64,000 nt of DNA from a virus. The position numbers and the translations under genes were made by a program. The stretch is taken from positions 26,403-90,402 of IMG/VR virus record IMGVR_UViG_3300047476_000792; one strand, written 5' to 3'. The notes under the pieces were generated by a model. That model searched no databases and was not told where the DNA came from. It saw nothing but the letters and a program-made list of their open reading frames with translations. Shown here in pieces: positions 49,799 to 59,774 of the stretch (positions are counted from its first letter, which is position 1; every line of letters starts with the position of its first letter).

Positions 49799-50125
49799 TT
49801 ACTTGGTGTTATTTATTTGACTAAGAACTTCTGATACTATCTCTTTTTTTAGAATTTTAACACGCTGTCCTTCGATTACATCAAACGGATTTGAAATATT
49901 ATTTGCAACTAATATAATCCACCACAAACGAGTAGTTCCATAATGCTTAAATGATAAAGAATACCAATCCGAAAAGGAATAGATAGTATCATATGTTACC
50001 AAACCTTCATCTATATCACCAGAAATGTTAATTGCATTTGAAAGATTATAAAATTCGTATCCATCCTCATCTGTATAAGTTGAGAATATATTTGCATAGT
50101 CGTAAGGATGTAAATTGTTTGCCAT
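49799..50125 (-). CDS. gp53: baseplate wedge protein gp53 (LysM-like)
   Basis: LSFKHYGTTRLWWIILVANNISNPF. Confidence 0.8.
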   Translation of the reverse strand: MANNLHPYDYANIFSTYTDEDGYEFYNLSNAINISGDIDEGLVTYDTIYSFSDWYSLSFKHYGTTRLWWIILVANNISNPFDVIEGQRVKILKKEIVSEVLSQINNTK

Positions 50126-50126
50126 A

Positions 50127-51242
50127 TCAATTATTCAGTCTAAAAACCTCATTTAAATTACCCTCGGCAGCAGTTAACCTATCCCGAGAGTTTATATTCA
50201 TAACGTTTACAGGAGTTCCGTCCGAGTTTCTTTTCAAATTCTCGAAATTAACTAATTCGTTCGCATAATTTCTTATCGCAGGTTCAAATGGAGTAATATC
50301 ACTAATAGCTTCTACACTTACTCCTTTATCAAGCGCAAGAAGTATATTTCTAGAAGGCATCAGTAATGATGTAAATTCCATAGTTATTCTATATGCTTCA
50401 GGAATAGTTCTTGGGACACTAGTACTTCCGTCCGAAGATGCTAGATATTTTACTCTGGTATTTCCTAAGTTTGTAATTTCTAAATTTGACATCCAACACG
50501 CAGGCATATGAACTACATCAGGAATGGTCAGTGAATATATAACAGGTGGGTCAATAATCGCAAAATTTCTACGAGATGGCGAGTTCTGATAAGATAATAA
50601 ATGGCATAGATTTCTATTATTCTCTACATCTTCGAGAGTTCCAGTATTAAAAAGATCAAATGTAACAGTGTATGATTCTGTTGTAGTATCTGTCCAAGAT
50701 TTAGGCATTTCAAAGCCTACTCTTCCTGGAAGAATCACATTAGCAATGCCAGTCATTAAATCTCTGGCGGATTTTATTTTTGAAATACCTTCTGTATATG
50801 CATTAAAGCCTCTCTCCACACCAGGGAAAGACCTCATAGCGGCACCCATACCCGCAAGATCATTAATAGGATTTGCGGAAACATCATCAAATGTATTTTG
50901 ACGAGATATTTTTTTTGTGTTAAAGTATGGAAACTTATATGTAAATCCAGTAGGCTCCGCAAAATATTTGTATTTATAGACATCGAATGGATCACGGTCT
51001 GCCTGTGCAACAGATGTTACTCCATTATTAACTAATCTTGCTGCAACACGTCCATAATAAACAATAGATGCAATAAGTTGTCCTGTTGTTTGTTGATATT
51101 CCGTAAGTCTAACGTATGGCACTTCCTTTCTCGCAGCTTTAGGAGAAAGAGTCCATGCCATATCCAATACGTCAATAATCCCATCTCCTACAGGTTGTAG
51201 AAATCTAGAATCTTTATCAGATTGTTTGTATTGGATTTTCAT
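50127..51242 (-). CDS. baseplate/tail-tube initiator (gp48/gp54-like)
   Basis: YTVTFDL, PPVIYSL.IP, ACWMSNLEI, YRITMEF. Confidence 0.5.
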   Translation of the reverse strand: MKIQYKQSDKDSRFLQPVGDGIIDVLDMAWTLSPKAARKEVPYVRLTEYQQTTGQLIASIVYYGRVAARLVNNGVTSVAQADRDPFDVYKYKYFAEPTGFTYKFPYFNTKKISRQNTFDDVSANPINDLAGMGAAMRSFPGVERGFNAYTEGISKIKSARDLMTGIANVILPGRVGFEMPKSWTDTTTESYTVTFDLFNTGTLEDVENNRNLCHLLSYQNSPSRRNFAIIDPPVIYSLTIPDVVHMPACWMSNLEITNLGNTRVKYLASSDGSTSVPRTIPEAYRITMEFTSLLMPSRNILLALDKGVSVEAISDITPFEPAIRNYANELVNFENLKRNSDGTPVNVMNINSRDRLTAAEGNLNEVFRLNN

Positions 51243-51251
51243 TTATAATAT

Positions 51252-53243
51252 TTATTGACCGAACTCAATATGTCGCCCAGTATTAATTCTATGACGTTGG
51301 ATAGGGTTACTTCCTCCAATGATGGTAGGATGAGGTTGCTTAGAGGCTCCTGCGCTCGCAATAACCGCTTGTGCGACGTTTCCGCTACTCTGAGCAGTCA
51401 CAGCCGCCAAACCGCTGAAACCATTGCTTAAAACGGCTACAATCGTGTCTATTTTTTTATTAACATCTTTAAGAGCTTGGTCGAATGGTCCACCACCTTT
51501 TGCAAAGATATGTGCATCCTTTTTATTCGGTATAATAATTTCAGCATCTTGGACCTTAGTCTTATTTGCATTGGTTAAAATATTAATAGCTTTTGCGGTT
51601 GATATTTCCCTATCCTGTAATTCTTTTAATCTTTGATCGCGAAGTTTTTGACTAGGATTACCTATAATACTCCCAAGAAATCCTTGATCGCCAGAACGTT
51701 TGTTGATAACTGAACGCTCGTTGTTTATATTTGATATATCTTTCTTATATCTTGCAATAGCTAACTCATTTTCTTCTTTCCAAGACAGTCCAACATTTCT
51801 CTTCTTCTCTTCGAGATTCTTAATAATTTCGTCTTGAGTAGATATAGATTTTTTAATAGCATTAGACATGCTTGCATTATTTTTAGCGAGCATCTCCTTT
51901 GATGTAGTGAATAAATCTATTACATCATTCATCATAAGAGGAAATTCTTTTAATATACCCGGAATTTTATATAAAGTATATGCGATACCAGATATGATTC
52001 CTCCAATTATAGAAAATCTTCCTACGGCCAATCCAAAAGTCTTTATTCCTTGAACGAATGATGCAGCGGTTCCTAGTGGTAATTTACCTAAAATACTGAA
52101 TAGTCCTGATAATATCTTCCACGATCCTTTAAAAATAGTTGATATTCCTCTGAGAGCGAGTCCAATACCTGGAACAAATTTCAATAGAGATAAAATTCCT
52201 GCCGACCCTAGTATCTTAACCCCTAACGAACCATATTCTCCTTTTTCAAAATCCTTTTTCATAGATTCGCCAATACTAGTAAATATAGGCTCTAATATAT
52301 TCTTCGAGACCCATATTACTTTATCACCCATATAATTAGCAACCTTGCCCCAATCAGTGGTTTTCACTTTATCAGCAATAGGCTCTACGACATATTTGAA
52401 TATATTATCAGATATAGCCTTGATACCATCAATTATAAATAATGCAGAACGTCCAAAGGTCTTCCAAGTTTCTTCGGATTTTACAAAGTCTGTTATAGAA
52501 GTTAAAATAGATTGAAATGTTCCTGATAAGATGCTTTGTATTGCTCTTCCAGTCGCGGTTTCGTCTAAGTATTTCTTAAATTTTCCTAATAGATAAACAC
52601 CCGTTCCGAGCATTGCATATTTAAACATCTTCCCGAATATACCGGATTTCTTATCATCTCCCAGGTTGTTTGCAGAATTATTAGTATTGTTGGAAAATAA
52701 ATTAAGAACCATTTTTTTATTAATTTGGCTGGGTTGGGTTGAATTGCTCTGCAAGGCTTTTTCTTGCAACGAATCTCTTAATAATCTTTCAATATTCCTT
52801 AGAAGTTTATTGGTCATCAGTAAACCATTCGTATTAATACGAATTTTATTAACATTATCCAATAAAGTCTTAGGAATAGTAGGTGTTCTGTTTCTTGTAC
52901 CTGCGCCAACTTTGGGAAATTTTAATACATAATTATTCAACCTTTTTGTCAAATCTTCCGCAGCAGTATTCAATTTATTGAATGTACTAGGTTTTATTGC
53001 TGCCATCAATATTCTGACCTTTGTATTGAAACTACCTACGGACAAGGTCAAATCATCTACCTTTTTTCCTAATTTATTAAATTTATCTGAAACTAATTTC
53101 ATTGGCCCATCAACCACATTAAGTGGAGAATTTTTGCTTTCGAATAGATCTATAAATTTTTTTGCAAGATATGACTGTCCCTTACCATTCTTAGACATGT
53201 AATCATCTATTGCAGAAAGTGCATCATTTATCGTAGTAGCCAT
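51252..53243 (-). CDS. tape-measure-like / gp29-like protein
   Basis: 663 aa helical protein with G/A/L-rich hydrophobic segments; TATAAATA upstream on the minus strand. Confidence 0.55.
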   Translation of the reverse strand: MATTINDALSAIDDYMSKNGKGQSYLAKKFIDLFESKNSPLNVVDGPMKLVSDKFNKLGKKVDDLTLSVGSFNTKVRILMAAIKPSTFNKLNTAAEDLTKRLNNYVLKFPKVGAGTRNRTPTIPKTLLDNVNKIRINTNGLLMTNKLLRNIERLLRDSLQEKALQSNSTQPSQINKKMVLNLFSNNTNNSANNLGDDKKSGIFGKMFKYAMLGTGVYLLGKFKKYLDETATGRAIQSILSGTFQSILTSITDFVKSEETWKTFGRSALFIIDGIKAISDNIFKYVVEPIADKVKTTDWGKVANYMGDKVIWVSKNILEPIFTSIGESMKKDFEKGEYGSLGVKILGSAGILSLLKFVPGIGLALRGISTIFKGSWKILSGLFSILGKLPLGTAASFVQGIKTFGLAVGRFSIIGGIISGIAYTLYKIPGILKEFPLMMNDVIDLFTTSKEMLAKNNASMSNAIKKSISTQDEIIKNLEEKKRNVGLSWKEENELAIARYKKDISNINNERSVINKRSGDQGFLGSIIGNPSQKLRDQRLKELQDREISTAKAINILTNANKTKVQDAEIIIPNKKDAHIFAKGGGPFDQALKDVNKKIDTIVAVLSNGFSGLAAVTAQSSGNVAQAVIASAGASKQPHPTIIGGSNPIQRHRINTGRHIEFGQ

Positions 53244-53273
53244 TATTTATATTTATACGGTAAATAATACAAT

Positions 53274-54002
53274 ATGACTATTTACGAACAAGAGCAGCTT
53301 GAACATTTTCAAAGACAATTACTTTCTGGTGTGTATTCTGAAGAAACACTAATACATCTTTACGAATCTAACCAACTGAGTGATGGTCAGATTAGAATAA
53401 TCCAAGAACTTGCTCCTGTGTTAGGTGGACTCAAAAACGTTGCATCTAAGATAGGTAGTAACATAGGAGGTGCATTTAAACAAGCCAGAACACAAGGACT
53501 AGACAAGGCTGGTAAAGATTGGATGGGTCGTGCTAAAAATGCATATCAACAAGGTAGACAGGAGACCCAATATAATAATCATGCAAATAATATAGGTAAA
53601 CAGTGGCAGAAAATAGATCGAACCGTCACCAACAGTCGCTTATTCGAACAAATGGAAGCTTTTAGAAAGGGTTTCAATGGACAGGATAAATATGTAGATC
53701 AAGCACTTGCTTATATTAATTCGACATTCTTAGATCTTCAACATTACCTCTCTGTTAAATATCCACAACTCAACGTTGAAACCGATCCATCATACACACC
53801 TGAATGGAAAAAACAGGAAATGGCTAAACAGGCCGAACGCCAGAAGAGTTTGGACGCACAAGTAGGTGCAGAAGATGTCGCTAATCCGGCCTCTCGCGCA
53901 AGTCACCGTAGCACACAGAGAAGACGGGATTATGCACAGAGAAAGGCCCAAGGCTTAGTCAAACCAAGAAACACCTTAGCGAACAAGATAAGAAATGCTT
54001 AA
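53274..54002 (+). CDS. hypothetical late protein, possible internal virion protein
   Basis: GTAAATA upstream; acidic N-terminus ending IIQE, then a basic helical body. Confidence 0.6.
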   Translation: MTIYEQEQLEHFQRQLLSGVYSEETLIHLYESNQLSDGQIRIIQELAPVLGGLKNVASKIGSNIGGAFKQARTQGLDKAGKDWMGRAKNAYQQGRQETQYNNHANNIGKQWQKIDRTVTNSRLFEQMEAFRKGFNGQDKYVDQALAYINSTFLDLQHYLSVKYPQLNVETDPSYTPEWKKQEMAKQAERQKSLDAQVGAEDVANPASRASHRSTQRRRDYAQRKAQGLVKPRNTLANKIRNA

Positions 54003-54040
54003 AATAAAAAACCCTCAGATAATCTGAGGGTTTTTTTATT
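54003..54040. terminator. bidirectional intrinsic terminator
   Basis: AAAAAACCCTCAGA-TAA-TCTGAGGGTTTTTTT between convergent genes. Confidence 0.9.
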
Positions 54041-54851
54041 AGGAGAACAGTGCAGGAGATATTTCTATTACTCCTCTATGAGACACATCATCTATCATCT
54101 CTTCGACAGTTAATACTTCTGTTATTCTTTTTCCAAATTCAGAATCGATTTTTTCTATAATTTTATTAATCAGATTGCTAGGAAGATTCTCAACAATCGT
54201 CAACCTATCCTGGACATTTTTTGCAACTAGATTTATATTCGTCTCTCCAATTTTTATATATTTTATAAATTGTGACAGGTAGTACATAAACATAACACCT
54301 GGAATATCTTTCATAGAATCCTTATTCCTTTCATCAATCTTTTTAATTTTTGTTTGTTCAAAATCTCTATCAAAAATAAACTCCTGATCTAAAGACGGAA
54401 AGTTCAGAGTAGCTTCATAGGTTCCATCTTTCACTGTTTGATCTGAGAAAGATTTCTTAGACTTTTTAATAGAACGCAATATACGGTCGATATCTACTTG
54501 GATAATCTTTCCAGTTTCTGCAAAAACTTCCACATCTATTGTGGATTTGACATTCTTTTTTCGCAAGTCCAACAGAATTGAAATTTTATCGAATATATTT
54601 ATATTTGAAGTAGGTATAGACGGATCGAGTATGTCTTTTAGAATAACAAACATAGTTTGGTTAAACTGATTGTCTACAAACGAGCCTGCGAGAGCAGTTT
54701 TAATAATACTCTTCAAATGCAATGCATTCATAGGCTTAATATGAACCTCTTTATTTAAAGAAGGAATGTATGTGTTAGATTCAAATTGTTTATTTGATTC
54801 TTTTAAGAGTGCTAGAATTTCTTGTTGATTTAGGGGAATTTCGGGTTCCAT
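54039..54851 (-). CDS. baseplate hub assembly protein (gp26-like)
   Basis: YIPSLNKEVHIKPM...K.I, NIFDK..ILL.LR. Confidence 0.6.
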   Translation of the reverse strand: MEPEIPLNQQEILALLKESNKQFESNTYIPSLNKEVHIKPMNALHLKSIIKTALAGSFVDNQFNQTMFVILKDILDPSIPTSNINIFDKISILLDLRKKNVKSTIDVEVFAETGKIIQVDIDRILRSIKKSKKSFSDQTVKDGTYEATLNFPSLDQEFIFDRDFEQTKIKKIDERNKDSMKDIPGVMFMYYLSQFIKYIKIGETNINLVAKNVQDRLTIVENLPSNLINKIIEKIDSEFGKRITEVLTVEEMIDDVSHRGVIEISPALFS

Positions 54852-54866
54852 AATATAATACTTAAC

Positions 54867-55829
54867 TTACATGAATTCTGATGGCTGTTCAACCATTCCT
54901 TTTGTTTCAGAGCGATACTGATCAAATAAATCAGTTGTTTGATTCTCTTGTATTGATTCTTTAGGTGATTCGGATTGATGTGCTTTTATCAATTTAGCAA
55001 ATATAATATCTAATTCAAGAGGTGTTATATTTTCATAAAATTTATAATCTAAATGATAATTGGCGGACACATCGGCTATAACCGATAAAATATTATCCAG
55101 ACTATCGTCATTATATAATATTTTTATTATATCCGTTATATTACCTGTGCTAAAGTTTAACTTAAATATTTCCGATTTACATTTATCGTTGGAGCAGTGC
55201 ATCTCCATTAATGATAAATCAGTGAAACTCTTATACAACGGATCGATGAACTTATCCTTAATACTTAAAATATCTGCCATTTGTATATGCGGAAGAACTA
55301 TTTTCATATCCTCTTGAGTATTTGTATGAAACGTATTACCATTTATTATTATACCTCGTATGTGACTAAAAAGATAATCATCTAATTGATCATTAATATC
55401 CTCTATATCTCGAATGTATGAGTCCGCACATAGTATATTCGGTATATCACATATTATTTGATAATTCTTAAATGAAAATATATGTTTAAATGATCTATCT
55501 ATAACGGGTGCAATTGTATCCAACATATTATTCAAGTCAAAGGACTTGCTAGTTTCAGTCTTACATTTATCGCATATTCGGGTGAATGGAAGGTCTTTTC
55601 CACACGAATATATCTTTAAATACAAGAATATAACAAACCGATCTATAATAGTTAAGGAGTCTGTATTAAATCGCCAAGGACCATTTGCTGCTAGTAATGA
55701 ATTGAGCATATTAATAAAGTCCTCTTTGTCACTCATTTGCTTGTGTAGGTCTTTATACTGGATTACTGTTAATTCTTTGAATAATATGAATTCTTGGATA
55801 GAAGGTATCCAAATTTTTTTAGATGTCAT
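54867..55829 (-). CDS. baseplate hub assembly protein (gp26/gp51-like)
   Basis: WIPSI....FKELTV.QYK, IIDRF.IFL.L, CDKC, CSNDKC, C-terminal TPLELDI. Confidence 0.6.
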   Translation of the reverse strand: MTSKKIWIPSIQEFILFKELTVIQYKDLHKQMSDKEDFINMLNSLLAANGPWRFNTDSLTIIDRFVIFLYLKIYSCGKDLPFTRICDKCKTETSKSFDLNNMLDTIAPVIDRSFKHIFSFKNYQIICDIPNILCADSYIRDIEDINDQLDDYLFSHIRGIIINGNTFHTNTQEDMKIVLPHIQMADILSIKDKFIDPLYKSFTDLSLMEMHCSNDKCKSEIFKLNFSTGNITDIIKILYNDDSLDNILSVIADVSANYHLDYKFYENITPLELDIIFAKLIKAHQSESPKESIQENQTTDLFDQYRSETKGMVEQPSEFM

Positions 55830-55843
55830 GTATTAATCTACAC

Positions 55844-56698
55844 TTATGCCAAACCTTGCACAAGTTTATTTTGTTGATTTATGAATTGTTGACTCATAGC
55901 GATTTCCCCTTGAAGTGTAGAATTGGTGATGGTAGACTTCGTTGCTGCCGAAGATTGACCAACAAATCCATCAATCGAATAACTATTATATACAAAATTG
56001 GCCTGCATTTTAGGAAAATCTGAACTTGAGGTATAATCCATTTCTTCTCTAGGAATATTAACAGGTACACAATCTTTAAAAATATATGCCTTCCTAATGA
56101 TATTAGGAGAACATTCACCATTTCGTGCAAGCTGATATATAAAAATATCAGCTTTTATACTCCTATCTCTAGGAGTTGCTATTAATCCCTCATGTGCAGC
56201 TAGAATAGCCCAAGGACGTATTACACCGTCTACGAAAGATTTATTAGTTTCTAAGAAACCAGTAGTAAGTTGTTCAAAATTAGACCTACCATTTATAATG
56301 GGCGCATTAATGAATCCATTGTTAGAACCTTCTGTTATTCCTGCATAATCAACATTTATATTTTCTCCAGGAATTCCAACTGCATGTGCAAAAATACAAC
56401 CTACGACATCTTGAGTTGCAGTTGTCCAAGTTGCATCAGTCATTGATGCTATATTCCATCCCGGAGGTTCGTAGTTAGGTACAACGTTCTTAATTTTATT
56501 AATTAAATAATTCCTGTTATGAGCATTTATAATCATGACCCACGAAAATCGCATAGGAACATTATATGCCCATTGACATAACATTTTATTGAAATATGGA
56601 ATATGGTTGTGAGTTACGGCAGGTAGACCCCCGAAATCACATGTCTGAAATACTTGAGGTGTTATAATTCCACAGTTACTAACAATTCCATTTATCAT
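55844..56698 (-). CDS. tail tube-like protein (gp19/gp54 family)
   Basis: V.IPGE, L..GFLETN, IFIYQL, YIFKDCVPVNI, ANFVY. Confidence 0.6.
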   Translation of the reverse strand: MINGIVSNCGIITPQVFQTCDFGGLPAVTHNHIPYFNKMLCQWAYNVPMRFSWVMIINAHNRNYLINKIKNVVPNYEPPGWNIASMTDATWTTATQDVVGCIFAHAVGIPGENINVDYAGITEGSNNGFINAPIINGRSNFEQLTTGFLETNKSFVDGVIRPWAILAAHEGLIATPRDRSIKADIFIYQLARNGECSPNIIRKAYIFKDCVPVNIPREEMDYTSSSDFPKMQANFVYNSYSIDGFVGQSSAATKSTITNSTLQGEIAMSQQFINQQNKLVQGLA

Positions 56699-56706
56699 TC
56701 AATTAC

Positions 56707-57144
56707 TTACTTGTAATGTTTAGGTTCGAGGAATTGAAAATCTGTTTTACCTACGGAGCCTATTTTAGAAACACCATTCTTTAATGTATATTTAACCTCC
56801 ATATTTCCTTGTTTAGAGTTTACTCTTGCTCCTGGCTTTTTAGGGTTCACACCTTTTATTCTTAAATGACCTCCTAGACCTTTTGCAATACCTGCCTGTG
56901 CATGATCTTTTTGGGATTTATTCTGTCCCCTAGCACCTTTTCCATCCCAATAATTTCCTATATATTGTTGATTTCCTAACTTGGTTTTTTGCGAGTCTGA
57001 ATGATTATTTAGGGAGCGTACCTGTCTAACACCCGACTTGGGAAACATGGTATCTGCCCAATAGCGCGACTCTCTACGTTTGGATTTCGCAGTTGTATAT
57101 TCACGAATAAGAGATTCACAAAATTGATCAAATTCAGGGGTCAT
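56707..57144 (-). CDS. basic hypothetical late protein, possible internal virion protein
   Basis: MTPEFDQFCESLIRE N-terminus; TAAGTAAATA directly upstream. Confidence 0.6.
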   Translation of the reverse strand: MTPEFDQFCESLIREYTTAKSKRRESRYWADTMFPKSGVRQVRSLNNHSDSQKTKLGNQQYIGNYWDGKGARGQNKSQKDHAQAGIAKGLGGHLRIKGVNPKKPGARVNSKQGNMEVKYTLKNGVSKIGSVGKTDFQFLEPKHYK

Positions 57145-57190
57145 GTATTTACTTATTGAAAAATGTGGGCTTACTCGCTATATTGTATGG

Positions 57191-59065
57191 ATGGAATTAC
57201 CCCAAGCATATTTGATAAATAAATTCAATTACTACTCTGCTTCGATAAGAGAAACTTCTTCTTATTTGAATGGTAGTTGCCCTATTTGCAAAGAGGGGGA
57301 TAGTTGGGGTAAAAAGAGGCGGCTTTTTTATTTTAAAAATGATGATTATTTATACTGCCATAACTGTTTCTCTGGAGATGTTAAAATATTAACACTGGAG
57401 TATGGCCCTATAGAATTTAGAAAAATAAAAGATTTATTGGTTACTATAAGATGTAAGGATGGTGTTTGGAGAAAAAGAAAGATATTAAGCTATGGACACC
57501 AAAACGTGTTCGAATATCAATTTGGTAATCTAGGATTTTCAAATAAAAGATATACTATAAAAGCTACAGAGAATCATAAATGGTTTATAAAAAGAGATAA
57601 TAAAAGAAGAAAGTATGATACTACTACTGAATTAAAACTAGGCGATAGATTAGATACTACACCAACTGTTGAAGAGAGAGATATTATGGGTATTGTTCAT
57701 GGTATTATTTTTGGTGATGGAACTTATAGAAAATATAAAGGAGAAAAACGATATGCTATTATCAGAGTATGTAAGCAAGATAGCCGAAAAGACACAATAT
57801 TAGAAATATTGCGAATGGCGGGGTATAAAGTAACTTATCCTAAAAACTTAAAAGGGGATGCGTATGTTAATATAGGTCGTGTCGAACATTTAAAAGATAT
57901 TCCAAATACAATAAATCCAAGTTATATTTCCGGGTTCATTTATGGATTATGGTTGACAGATGGATACGCTAATAATCTATATGAAATAGCTACAGTTCGG
58001 TCAGATTTAGTCGAATGGATAACTACATTTGCAGCAATGGGGGGATATAGAATAGTAAATAATATATATCCCCGCACAAGAAAAAACTGTTATGCTAATG
58101 CTAAACCTATATATCGTATCAAATTGAAAACAAATTCAGATGTTATTCTTAGAAGTAAGAAGTTTATAGGTTCTGAAGAAGTTTTTTGTTTAGAAGAGCC
58201 GATTACTGGTGGGTTTTATTTGGATGATAATATTCTTACAGGAAATTGCGCCCGTTCATGGACTCCGTATTTTTGGATAAAGGAAGTTACGGGATTAACT
58301 TTTAAAGAAATATTCACAGAGTTAAAGGATTATGACTATGATTCTAAATATAAACTAATTATAGATAAAGCTGAAGAACGTGTTTTTGATTTGCCAACTC
58401 TTCCAGGAGAATGTGTAAACTTAAAAGATTCATTACAAATAGAATATTTTAAGAATTATCCAGTTGTTAATATTGCATTGGAGGTTTGTAACGAGAGACG
58501 TTTATTTTCTGCACTGAACGCTCCAAAGACTTATTATGTATGTCTAAATGATAAGTTTCATGGAAATAGATTAATCATTCCTTTTTATAATAATCATGGA
58601 AAAATAGAAAGTTATATTTCCCGAAAACTTTTAGATTCAGATAGTAAAGCGAAGTATTTGATAAAATTTGGATCAAATAAACCCATCTTTAATTTAGACA
58701 AAATTGATGAAAATTTCCCATATATATTCTTATTTGAGGGACAGATAGATTGTATGTTTGTTAGAAATGGCGTATCTGTAGCGGGGACACGACTGACTGA
58801 ATCACAAGAAGAGACATTGTTACGATTATTTCCATTTCATCAACTGATATGGGTATTAGATAATTATACACTAGAAGGTGATGAAGTTAGGAAAATAATC
58901 GAAGATAAATTAAAAAACAATCAGACTGTCTTTTTATTTGAGAATGAATTCAGTGAATTTAAAGATTTTAATGATTATTGTGTAGAAAAAAAGCAGGACC
59001 AGATAGACCCTGCTTTAGTTTTGCAACATTCTTATAAAGGCTCTGCGGGCCTTGTGAGACTATAA
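57191..59065 (+). CDS. gp61: DNA primase (gp61-like) containing an intein
   Basis: CPIC...CHN|C zinc finger, RLIIPFY, KYL, FEGQID, VLDN, KDFND (TOPRIM); start ATG at 57191 after TTGAAA-N16-TATATT. Confidence 0.88.
   Translation: MELPQAYLINKFNYYSASIRETSSYLNGSCPICKEGDSWGKKRRLFYFKNDDYLYCHNCFSGDVKILTLEYGPIEFRKIKDLLVTIRCKDGVWRKRKILSYGHQNVFEYQFGNLGFSNKRYTIKATENHKWFIKRDNKRRKYDTTTELKLGDRLDTTPTVEERDIMGIVHGIIFGDGTYRKYKGEKRYAIIRVCKQDSRKDTILEILRMAGYKVTYPKNLKGDAYVNIGRVEHLKDIPNTINPSYISGFIYGLWLTDGYANNLYEIATVRSDLVEWITTFAAMGGYRIVNNIYPRTRKNCYANAKPIYRIKLKTNSDVILRSKKFIGSEEVFCLEEPITGGFYLDDNILTGNCARSWTPYFWIKEVTGLTFKEIFTELKDYDYDSKYKLIIDKAEERVFDLPTLPGECVNLKDSLQIEYFKNYPVVNIALEVCNERRLFSALNAPKTYYVCLNDKFHGNRLIIPFYNNHGKIESYISRKLLDSDSKAKYLIKFGSNKPIFNLDKIDENFPYIFLFEGQIDCMFVRNGVSVAGTRLTESQEETLLRLFPFHQLIWVLDNYTLEGDEVRKIIEDKLKNNQTVFLFENEFSEFKDFNDYCVEKKQDQIDPALVLQHSYKGSAGLVRL
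57365..58246 (+). mobile_element. intein (294 aa) with LAGLIDADG endonuclease
   Basis: N-terminal CFSGDVKILT, block B ATENHKW, GIIFGDG and GLWLTDG, block F VFCLE, C-terminal ILTGN|C. Confidence 0.92.
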
Positions 59066-59067
59066 AT

Positions 59068-59721
59068 TTATCTAAGAGGAGATGCTGGTGGTTTTCCTAA
59101 GGAACTATCGCCCGTTTCTGGTGAATCGTTTAATCCTTGTTCTTGATCTGGGATGAGATCTTCCAACTCTTCATCACTCATAGGTTTTTGCAGGGTTTTA
59201 ATAAACACACCGAATTTAGTACTAACATTATTAATGGCAACCTCAAGTTCTGAGATAGATGCATTAAATTCTGTTAAAATGTTAGTAAGATCGTTGAATG
59301 CGGTTTCTTTATCAGCATTACGGGTTATATCATTGGCAATAACTGCCGAGCGTTTATATTCTTCTCCTGGTTTAGGTTTGAAATGGTTCTGAATAGATCC
59401 GAGAGCGGATGTTGCATTATCAGAGATACGTCTAAGTTCTCCAAGATTCATGTCTGATAACTTCTCAGGTGAGAAAGCTTCCGCCATTCGTGCGACCTCC
59501 TGTTCAAATCCGTTACGAATTTCTTCGATCTTTTCTTTCAACCCACCATCATCTGTAGAAAATTCAGCGGGATTGGTGTCGTCATCCAGAAAAGAATCGA
59601 TTGCACCAGAGGGAGTATCGTAACGAGGTCTAGAAGTTTTAGGGGTTCCTGCTGGAGTGGTGCTTGATGGTGTCTGTGCAAGTTCCAGAAGTACAGATCG
59701 AAATAATTCATTATAGTTCAT
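59068..59721 (-). CDS. hypothetical late protein, possible internal virion/scaffold-like protein
   Basis: MNYNELFRSVLLE N-terminus; TAAGTAAATA upstream; acidic and helical. Confidence 0.6.
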   Translation of the reverse strand: MNYNELFRSVLLELAQTPSSTTPAGTPKTSRPRYDTPSGAIDSFLDDDTNPAEFSTDDGGLKEKIEEIRNGFEQEVARMAEAFSPEKLSDMNLGELRRISDNATSALGSIQNHFKPKPGEEYKRSAVIANDITRNADKETAFNDLTNILTEFNASISELEVAINNVSTKFGVFIKTLQKPMSDEELEDLIPDQEQGLNDSPETGDSSLGKPPASPLR

Positions 59722-59774
59722 ATGTATATTTACTTATTTCTTGCGTATTTTTCTACAATGTGTTAAATTGCTAT

